DNA of 32,894 nt from positions 1-32,894 of the IMG/VR virus record IMGVR_UViG_3300031159_000040; one strand, 5' to 3'. Below, in pieces: positions 6,202-13,068 of the stretch. The stretch is from a virus (lineage: Duplodnaviria > Caudoviricetes). Made by a program: the position numbers and the translations under genes. Each line of letters begins with the position of its first letter. Position 1 is the first letter of the stretch. The notes beneath the pieces are model-generated. The model was not told where the DNA came from. It did not search any database and was given only the letters and a program-made list of their open reading frames with translations.

Positions 6202-6236
6202 ATCTGTATAATATACAGATACCCAAAACTTGTCAA
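6201..6236 (-). promoter_or_regulatory. Near-consensus SigA promoter with operator for the repeat RNA
   Basis: TTGACA(6236-6231)-17-TATTAT(6213-6208); inverted repeat TATCTGTAT-AAT-ATACAGATA (6201-6221) over the -10. Confidence 0.8.
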
Positions 6237-6325
6237 CCCACCTGACGAGCGCGCAAGCGCCTTGGGACCGCTGGGTACGGTCCGAAACCGCCGCGTCGAG
6301 ATGACGCCGCGGTCGCGGGATACCA
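6237..6325 (+). ncRNA. Type I hammerhead ribozyme variant (HHR2), predicted cleavage after C6314
   Basis: Core CUGACGA; inserted GCGC-GCAA-GCGC hairpin; stem II GGACCG/CGGUCC; GAAA; stem III ACCGC/GCGGU; GUC; stem I CCCAC/GCGGG with one A-C mismatch. Confidence 0.75.
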
Positions 6326-6455
6326 GCCACGAGCTGGCCCGGCCGGGCTGGCCTTTATATAGATTGTTCTTTGAAAATAAAACAGGACTCGTCAAAATCC
6401 GATATATATTGTAACATGTGGAATAGAATTTATTCCTACAATTGGGGGAATTGGA

Positions 6456-6956
6456 ATGAAAAAATCTTTAATCGCTGGCGCAATTGTTGCCGCGCTCCTT
6501 GCCGGATGCTCGGCAGAGACTGATAGTCTTAAGCCTGCTAGTGTACCGGCATCGGTAAGCCCAGTTCCTGCAATCGAAGCGCCCGAGTCGACGACTGCGC
6601 AGGAAGTGGCTCAAGAAACGGCGAAGCCTACAAATACGGAGAAGAATGTGCCTAGAGAATATACGGCAGCATTAAAAAAAGCGGAAATGTACGCTGAGTC
6701 TATGAGTATGTCAAAGGCTGCTATTTATGATCAACTGACCTCTGAATATGGAGAAAATTTTCCGAAAGAAGCCGCTCAATATGCCATTGATAACATCACT
6801 TTTGATTGGAAAGAAAATGCATTAAAAAAAGCAAAATTGTATGCGGAATCTATGAATATGTCAGATTCTGCTATTTATGATCAACTGACCTCTGAATATG
6901 GAGAAAAATTCACCAAAGAGGAAGCACAATATGCGATAGATCATTTAGAAAAATAG
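6456..6956 (+). CDS. ltp: Ltp-family surface lipoprotein (superinfection exclusion)
   Basis: Lipobox LAGC; two 50-aa repeats A/NALKKA..YAESM.MS..AIYDQLTSEYGE.F.KE.AQYAID. Confidence 0.9.
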   Translation: MKKSLIAGAIVAALLAGCSAETDSLKPASVPASVSPVPAIEAPESTTAQEVAQETAKPTNTEKNVPREYTAALKKAEMYAESMSMSKAAIYDQLTSEYGENFPKEAAQYAIDNITFDWKENALKKAKLYAESMNMSDSAIYDQLTSEYGEKFTKEEAQYAIDHLEK

Positions 6957-6987
6957 TATTTGGTACTGATACGTAAAGCTAAATAGC

Positions 6988-7021
6988 AATCAGCCCGAGA
7001 GCCGAAGCCCTCGGGCTGATT
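6988..7021. terminator. Hairpin between convergent ltp and endolysin genes
   Basis: AATCAGCCCGAG/CTCGGGCTGATT 12-bp stem. Confidence 0.7.
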
Positions 7022-7022
7022 C

Positions 7023-7919
7023 TCATTTGTACAAGAACACCTTTTTAACATCACCGTTCCAGCTCACACGTGCCCCCAGCAACTCAGCAGCCGCCCGTAC
7101 GCCGACGTAAGTCACCCCGTCGATGATCTCGAACACGTCCACGACCTTGCCGTCCACGTATGGCAGCTTGGACTCATTATCCCAGTGGACCACCTTGCCG
7201 AGCGCCTCCCCGAGCTGTCGCAGCGGCAAATAGACGTGGCCGTCAATCGCTCGACCGTAGCCTGCCAGCTTGTCGTTGACGACGACCTTGATGGTATCCT
7301 TTTCGTTGGGTTGCGGTCCGGCCACCGGTGCCGGGTTCGTGTTCCACCAGCCTTCGCCGCCATACGATTCGTTCAGATCGACCGTCGCGCCGGCCAAGCT
7401 GACGCCGTTTTGATGCTGCCAGATGTTTGCGCGCGCCGACTTCCTGCCCCGGCTCCAGGCGTAGGTCTGCCAGAAATGCTTGGCGGCGCCGCGCCGGGCC
7501 ATTTCCTCAATGACGGCATACGAGCCGTAAACGCCGACCCGATAGCCGGGGATCGCGGACGACGCGGCGCGCAGGTATGCCTCAATCGCGTCGTAGTCCT
7601 TGGGCTGCGCGTCGTAGTCCACGGCAAAATAGATGGCCGTACCAAGAGGTTGTCCGATAGCGATAGCCTCTTTGAGGGCTTCGGCGCCGTCTACGATCCC
7701 AGCAGCGCCACCCCCCGCTGGTCGATTGGCGGTCGTCTCGAACACGCTGACAATCTGCATCCCGGCGGCCGTGATGGCCTCCGCCTCGCCCCTCGTCAGC
7801 CGCTTCCAGGCATAGCGCTCCGGCACCAGATACCGCGCCGCGAAGGCGTAGCCGGCTGCGGCAATCGCTTTGGCCGTACTGGCGGTCAGCGGAATCGCGC
7901 AATCGATGCCTTTAGCCAT
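7023..7919 (-). CDS. Endolysin, DUF1906/GH25-like glycoside hydrolase with C-terminal copper-amine-oxidase-N-like binding domain
   Basis: GIDC, ARYL, IYFAVDYD, GVYGS, WQTYAWS motifs; YLPLRQLGEALG..VHWD C-domain. Confidence 0.88.
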   Translation of the reverse strand: MAKGIDCAIPLTASTAKAIAAAGYAFAARYLVPERYAWKRLTRGEAEAITAAGMQIVSVFETTANRPAGGGAAGIVDGAEALKEAIAIGQPLGTAIYFAVDYDAQPKDYDAIEAYLRAASSAIPGYRVGVYGSYAVIEEMARRGAAKHFWQTYAWSRGRKSARANIWQHQNGVSLAGATVDLNESYGGEGWWNTNPAPVAGPQPNEKDTIKVVVNDKLAGYGRAIDGHVYLPLRQLGEALGKVVHWDNESKLPYVDGKVVDVFEIIDGVTYVGVRAAAELLGARVSWNGDVKKVFLYK

Positions 7920-8235
7920 GGTTCTCATCCCCCTTTCCTTTCCCACTCCCCGGCGGGTTCAGCGCCTTGTTCTGCATCTGGCCGGCTGCCGCCGCAACCA
8001 AGAAGCCGTTTGCCAGCGCGAGCGCGTACACCCGCCAGTCGCCCGCGTCGGCGCCAATGGCAAGCTGCGCAGCCGTCAGGATGGCCGTCGCGATCACAAC
8101 CGCATACAGGTCCGTCGGCAGCCATTTGGCAAAGCGGTCAACAAGCCCCTTCGTGTACTGTACGATCAGGTACGTCAACAAAGAAGCTCCCCCCATAGCG
8201 GAGAGAGCTTCCCAAGTGAAGAGTTGGGATTCCAT
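7912..8235 (-). CDS. Holin
   Basis: 107 aa, ~3 hydrophobic helices, directly upstream of endolysin. Confidence 0.8.
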   Translation of the reverse strand: MESQLFTWEALSAMGGASLLTYLIVQYTKGLVDRFAKWLPTDLYAVVIATAILTAAQLAIGADAGDWRVYALALANGFLVAAAAGQMQNKALNPPGSGKGKGDENHG

Positions 8236-8238
8236 GGT

Positions 8239-8532
8239 TTATTCAGCCTCCAATCGATCGATTCGTTTATGAGCCTGCTTTGCCGATTCCTCCACCCGCG
8301 TCACGCGCTCGGCCAGTGCATCAAAGCGCTGACCCTGTGCCCGCTGCTCGAGTCGAACATCGTCGATACCTCGTTTGATGTACTCCATGTCGGCCCGAAG
8401 CCTAGCATCTTGGCTCGCCTCATCCACCGTGTCCTGGCGTACCGTCCGGGATCGGCCAAGCCAGCCCAAAATGATGCCGCTGATCGCCGCGGCAGCTGAA
8501 ATCAGAATTGGCAGATTAGATTTATCCACCAT
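8239..8532 (-). CDS. XhlA-like lysis-associated membrane/coiled-coil protein
   Basis: N-terminal TM then coiled coil ending RVEESAKQAHKRID. Confidence 0.7.
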   Translation of the reverse strand: MVDKSNLPILISAAAAISGIILGWLGRSRTVRQDTVDEASQDARLRADMEYIKRGIDDVRLEQRAQGQRFDALAERVTRVEESAKQAHKRIDRLEAE

Positions 8533-8557
8533 CGCACCCCCAATAAAGGAGGCCCCG

Positions 8558-8788
8558 CTATTCTGCTGAGCCCGCCCCTTCTTGTTTTACTCCCTGTTCT
8601 TTCTTGTTTTCTGCTTTCTGCTTCTCAAAATGTTCCAGCGCCTTGTCAATATCACCCCTAACTGCTGTCAGAATTTCGACCTCGCTTCCCGGCCAGATTC
8701 GGAGAAAGCCGGCAATGATGTTGCTGATCTCCTGGACCGGCTTCGCCGGATTGGCCGTTATTACGACCTGCTGCTGCATGTGCGCCAT
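8558..8788 (-). CDS. Hypothetical phage protein
   Basis: ORF with GGTGGTG RBS between tail and lysis genes. Confidence 0.65.
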   Translation of the reverse strand: MAHMQQQVVITANPAKPVQEISNIIAGFLRIWPGSEVEILTAVRGDIDKALEHFEKQKAENKKEQGVKQEGAGSAE

Positions 8789-8812
8789 GGATTTGGTCAC
8801 CACCTTTCCGGC

Positions 8813-8840
8813 AAAAGAAAAGACGCCTCGTGGGGCGTCA
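8813..8840 (-). terminator. Intrinsic terminator
   Basis: GACGCCCC/GAGGCGTC stem plus TTTTCTTTT. Confidence 0.75.
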
Positions 8841-8851
8841 TGTGATGCGAT

Positions 8852-9358
8852 TTATTGTTGTGATTCGAGTTCCTGGAGCTGTGCTTCAAGTGCCTTGATT
8901 TGGTCTTGGATTGCTTTTCTTTCCTCCTTTATTTCGTTATAACGCAAGGTTTGCTCATTGGTAAATCCATTTGGATTGTTCAATTCCAATTCGAATCGTT
9001 CTTTTAACAATTCTGCTTGTTTTTTGTTTAATTCATCAATTTGACTTTGAATCTCAGAAATTTGTGATGAGATTGAGGTTATATTTGTTTCCACCTTCTG
9101 TTCACCAACTCTCTTTGTAAATACAACTGTTTTGTCTTGGAATGTTACATCATAACCAATCGCTTCACCAATTGCCCTCAACGGTGCGTATGTCGTACCA
9201 TCAATAGCGATTGACTTATTCGCCAGTGGAGATCCATCCACCTTAACAGGATACTCGCCCTGAACATATTTCCCCACCAAAGATGACACGGCGCCATATG
9301 CCGGAGCCGCCACAGCGATCATAAGGCCAACTAGTAAACCAAGAAGAAATTTTCGCAT
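8852..9358 (-). CDS. Secreted copper-amine-oxidase-N-like (stalk) domain protein with coiled-coil tail
   Basis: Signal peptide MRKFLLGLLVG...AYG; DGTTYAPLRAIGEAIGYDVTF motif. Confidence 0.75.
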   Translation of the reverse strand: MRKFLLGLLVGLMIAVAAPAYGAVSSLVGKYVQGEYPVKVDGSPLANKSIAIDGTTYAPLRAIGEAIGYDVTFQDKTVVFTKRVGEQKVETNITSISSQISEIQSQIDELNKKQAELLKERFELELNNPNGFTNEQTLRYNEIKEERKAIQDQIKALEAQLQELESQQ

Positions 9359-9394
9359 CAGGATAACCACCTTCGCCATTTTTCTCCAATTATA

Positions 9395-11080
9395 TCACGA
9401 ACCAGCGCTTTCCAAGGCGGTTACGCGTGCATCCAGACTATATATCTGAAACTGTAGGCTATTCAACGTCGAATTTACATTCACCCCATTAATCATGACC
9501 GAGTCCCCGCCAATGATTACATCTCCCGAAGTAGCACCAATATTTACATTACCTTGAGCAATTACAAAAAGTTCAGGTGTTTCGGAATCATAATAAATAT
9601 AGGCTGTTTTATTTAACTGTTGGTCCCAAAAACGAACACCGGGAACATTTTGAACGGTAAGATTGACTATCGCTAATGAATGGAAGGCATCTTTGTAAAC
9701 GGCAAACAGCCTATCCGTCACACTCATTTCCGAGCGGGGATAACCGTCATTGGTTCGAATCAGTGCGCCTGTAATCGTCCCGCCATTAATCTCTGTGCCT
9801 GCAATATAACTACCGATAATCTGCGAAGCAGTGATCTTACCCGCAAAGTTTGCGTCCCCCGTCTCCGCCTCTTGCCATATCGTCTTTGTGCCACTTTTGT
9901 TGAACATGGCAAGGCCATATTCACCGGGACCTGTTTGTCCGAGCCTCACCATCTCCCGGTCCAAATTATCAGATACCCGCATTCCAAGCCCATCGACTAG
10001 CGTAATGCTGTCGTCGTACTTGATCCCCTTCAGCACGGCATTTCGGCTTGTGTAGCTAATCGCCTTTTTGCTGCTGACGGTGGCCTGAAAGATGTAATCC
10101 GCCGTTTTGAGCGGTCGGAAATTCCCTAGTACCAACCGCGGCCGCTGCGACTTGTTGAACGGATAACGATCGTATTCGAGCAGTCGTCCGTCTACCTTAT
10201 AGCCGAGCGCGTCGTCGATGATTCGAACGGTGTCGCCAACATTGATTTCACCAAGCCGCAGCGTCTCCACTTCATAAGAGACTTTCGGCAGCTCGTACTC
10301 TGCAAGATACTTCTGCATCTCCTGCAGCAATTTGCCCTGATCCTCAATATCGGCCCATTCCTTTTTGGCCATAAACGGTTCGTTCGGGTCGAAGTATTGC
10401 GAATCAATGTACTTCACCGTGTGGCCGGCATAACCCTCGATCGTCAGACCGTTTTTGCCGTAACCGTAGAGTCGAGTCACTCGTTCCGAATCATCGATCG
10501 TACATTTGATACCCTTCATGTTTTTGCGCCGCCGGATTTGCTTCCCGCTGTCCACTCCCTTTCGTTTCGTGAAGGTAATTTCGTAGTTGTTAAACGACAA
10601 CTCCGCTTTCCACAAATCGACCAACTTATGAAGAAGGGCGAGTTTTGAATCCTCGCCCCACTCCCAAATGTCTTGCGGCTCGAAATTACCCTCGACGATG
10701 AAGGTGAAAGGCGTGTCTTCGGCCAGCAGTGAGAGAATCTCGTCCGGATAAACCGCCGCTTGAAAGTCGATGTAACCGTCGTAATAGTACCGGCCAAGTG
10801 TCAGGGCGACATGCATGCTGTCAACGGACTTGTACGTTTTTTCTCCATCCCGGACCTCGTTCACGCTTCGGATGATGAAGCGCTGTCCGTTTTCGACATG
10901 ATTTGGAAAACGAATCTCTCGTCCCCTCGTGATGTTGTCGTATTTATACTCGTCGCCCTTGATCTTGGGATAGGTGAACGAGCAGAAATATTGATCGTTC
11001 AGGGATTCGGTGACTCTGACGGTTTCGGATGCAGCCGGCAGGTAGGCGATTCGTTTTGTTGCGTCCCAGAGTTCGAGCAA
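9395..11080 (-). CDS. Tail-associated protein (Tal/prophage endopeptidase tail family)
   Basis: VTRLYGYGKNGLTI, GDTVRIID motifs; TTG start with GGAGGTGA RBS. Confidence 0.85.
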   Translation of the reverse strand: MLELWDATKRIAYLPAASETVRVTESLNDQYFCSFTYPKIKGDEYKYDNITRGREIRFPNHVENGQRFIIRSVNEVRDGEKTYKSVDSMHVALTLGRYYYDGYIDFQAAVYPDEILSLLAEDTPFTFIVEGNFEPQDIWEWGEDSKLALLHKLVDLWKAELSFNNYEITFTKRKGVDSGKQIRRRKNMKGIKCTIDDSERVTRLYGYGKNGLTIEGYAGHTVKYIDSQYFDPNEPFMAKKEWADIEDQGKLLQEMQKYLAEYELPKVSYEVETLRLGEINVGDTVRIIDDALGYKVDGRLLEYDRYPFNKSQRPRLVLGNFRPLKTADYIFQATVSSKKAISYTSRNAVLKGIKYDDSITLVDGLGMRVSDNLDREMVRLGQTGPGEYGLAMFNKSGTKTIWQEAETGDANFAGKITASQIIGSYIAGTEINGGTITGALIRTNDGYPRSEMSVTDRLFAVYKDAFHSLAIVNLTVQNVPGVRFWDQQLNKTAYIYYDSETPELFVIAQGNVNIGATSGDVIIGGDSVMINGVNVNSTLNSLQFQIYSLDARVTALESAGS

Positions 11081-11098
11081 TGAGTTCTCACCTCCCAC

Positions 11099-11132
11099 AA
11101 AAAATAAGGCCACGCATTATGCGGAGCCCTTT
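11099..11132 (-). terminator. Terminator-like hairpin upstream of Tal
   Basis: AAGGGCTCCGCA/TGCGTGGCCTT plus ATTTTTT. Confidence 0.55.
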
Positions 11133-11279
11133 TACCTGATATTAAATGCTATTTCCATAAATGCGACGAGCTACATGTTTTAATTGTAGACTTTTATTGC
11201 CCCATATACTCACCCCTATTATAAAAAAGATAAGCATAGTATAATAACGAGGTAAAATGTTGTTGGAGAGGTAGATTTT

Positions 11280-12662
11280 ATGAATGAATTAATATTCGAT
11301 TACAGAAAGAAATCGTTTAGAGAACTATTTCTTATTTACTTTCTGGTTCTGATTCCTTTGATTGTTGTTGTACCTTCTTTTTACCGTCCTGAAATAAATA
11401 AAATTAGCCCTTCTTTTGTGTTTACAAACTTGATCATAGGCTTTACTTCGCTAATAATGATCATTTTAGAAGCAAGAAAAACGATGTATTCTCTTCACTT
11501 GATCCATTGGCTATTCCATTTTTCATTTTTCTTTATCGCTCCAATCATCCAGTATTTACATAATAAATTTATGTGGGGGAATTTAACTTCTGATGACTTG
11601 AATGTACTTATAAAAGCAAATATTTTAATCATTTTGTGGCAGTGGGTATGGATAATAATCGCAATAATAACAGAGAAAAAACATATATTTAAAGAAAATA
11701 CTGACGAGTTCGGCACCCAAATAGGAATTAGTTCACTTCGCTTTTTTATTTTGTTTGTTCTATGCGTAATTGACTTATTCTACTTTGTTCAAATCATCGG
11801 ATTTGGAGGTCTATTTGCCAGAGGTTCTGAAAAATTATTCTCTGACAACAGTTCGCTTAATCAAATTATTTATAATGTCGGAAAATCACTTCCTATTGTT
11901 TTATTAGTTGCGTCATATTACCAAAAACAAGTAAAACAGAATAAAAAAACTTGGTCATTTATGATATTAATTTCAGCAGTACTTGTTTTACTTTTAAATT
12001 TTCCAACTGCCGTCTCTCGCTTTTGGATGGCTACCGTGTATATTGGTATCATCTTGACATTTTTTAAGTTTAAGTCCAAGAACCTGTTTACTTATCTGCT
12101 TATATGCGGATTGCTCATTTTGTTTCCGATATTAGGATCTACACGTCATGCCTCCAATCTTAACGATTGGATCAACATTATGTTAACCAATGGATACACT
12201 AACAATATTTTAACAGGTGATTACGACGCATTCTCTATGATAAATCATACCATTCGTTATATTGATATATATGGCGTTACTTATGGCCATCAATTACTGG
12301 GTGCTCTGCTGTTTTTCATTCCCAGAACGTTTTGGGAAAGCAAGCCCATCGGAAGTGGGCCGACTGTTTCCGAGGGACTTGGATTAAGCTTTGACAACAT
12401 ATCAAACCCTTTAATATCCGAAGGACTAATCAATTTCGGACTACCTGGTTTATTTATATTTGCATTTTTGTTTTCCTTCGCAACCAAAAAACTAGATTTG
12501 CACTTCTGGTCAAATGGAAATTCGATTTTTAAGATTTTATACCCCTTCTACATTGGTCTATTCTTCTTTATGATGAGAGGAGATTTGTTATCTACTTTTA
12601 GTCTGACGGTCAGCTTTAGCTTTGCGTTTTTTATTTTCCTCCGACCGTCGAAAAAGAGATAA
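11280..12662 (+). CDS. Wzy-like polysaccharide (O-antigen) polymerase, moron
   Basis: 460 aa, ~11-12 TM; SR motif, FFIPRTFWESKP, EGLINFGLPG, MRGD motifs typical of Wzy/O-antigen polymerases; low GC; opposite strand. Confidence 0.8.
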   Translation: MNELIFDYRKKSFRELFLIYFLVLIPLIVVVPSFYRPEINKISPSFVFTNLIIGFTSLIMIILEARKTMYSLHLIHWLFHFSFFFIAPIIQYLHNKFMWGNLTSDDLNVLIKANILIILWQWVWIIIAIITEKKHIFKENTDEFGTQIGISSLRFFILFVLCVIDLFYFVQIIGFGGLFARGSEKLFSDNSSLNQIIYNVGKSLPIVLLVASYYQKQVKQNKKTWSFMILISAVLVLLLNFPTAVSRFWMATVYIGIILTFFKFKSKNLFTYLLICGLLILFPILGSTRHASNLNDWINIMLTNGYTNNILTGDYDAFSMINHTIRYIDIYGVTYGHQLLGALLFFIPRTFWESKPIGSGPTVSEGLGLSFDNISNPLISEGLINFGLPGLFIFAFLFSFATKKLDLHFWSNGNSIFKILYPFYIGLFFFMMRGDLLSTFSLTVSFSFAFFIFLRPSKKR

Positions 12663-12775
12663 CAAATCTCTTTTTTTTAAACCCCACCGTATTAACTCCA
12701 AGTAACTCCCGCTGCGTGTGAGTCATATACTATTGGGGGGGGATTCTGGGCTAGTAATGATCATTTTGTCACCTT

Positions 12776-13057
12776 TTAATCTTCCAGTATGTCTATGGCG
12801 CCAGCGAATTCTGGTAGTGTTTTAAGATATTCATATCCCTGCTTAATGTTATTCGGTGCGCCTTCAGATACATCAGGGACAAATGAGTACAATTTCTCTT
12901 CGATCCAAGGATAATTCTGATCGCATAATTCCTTGGATACGTAGAAGCGTACACGAATATTTATTGATTCAACTCTCCCGCTTTGTTCGTCAATACGGAT
13001 GTAAGCATTAGGAATTTCAATTCCATGTACAGATATGAATGTTTTTTGTAGCGCCAT
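12776..13057 (-). CDS. Probable tail fibre/spike assembly chaperone
   Basis: 93 aa after tailspike, C-terminal QGYEYLKTLPEFAGAID motif. Confidence 0.6.
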   Translation of the reverse strand: MALQKTFISVHGIEIPNAYIRIDEQSGRVESINIRVRFYVSKELCDQNYPWIEEKLYSFVPDVSEGAPNNIKQGYEYLKTLPEFAGAIDILED

Positions 13058-13068
13058 TATAATCCTCC

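Noticed and set aside
6109-6235. Plus-strand multibranch ncRNA closed by TGACAAG/CTTGTCA
   Set aside because: The hairpins are explained more simply by the minus-strand promoter, operator, repeat and terminator; not excluded as secondary structure of the cassette RNA
4694-6336. CRISPR array
   Set aside because: Only one convincing repeat; other repeats are pairs 0.6-1.6 kb apart with no regular spacers, and no cas operon is present
6669-6945. 150-bp-offset DNA repeat as a DGR template/variable pair
   Set aside because: It is the in-frame Ltp domain duplication; differences are not adenine-specific and no reverse transcriptase is in the window
7185-8198. 337-aa plus-strand ORF
   Set aside because: Antisense shadow of the GC-rich endolysin and holin genes
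11161-11244. 27-codon ORF upstream of wzy as an Iap-like inhibitor of host Wzy
   Set aside because: No RBS and it lies upstream of or over the likely -10; unsupported
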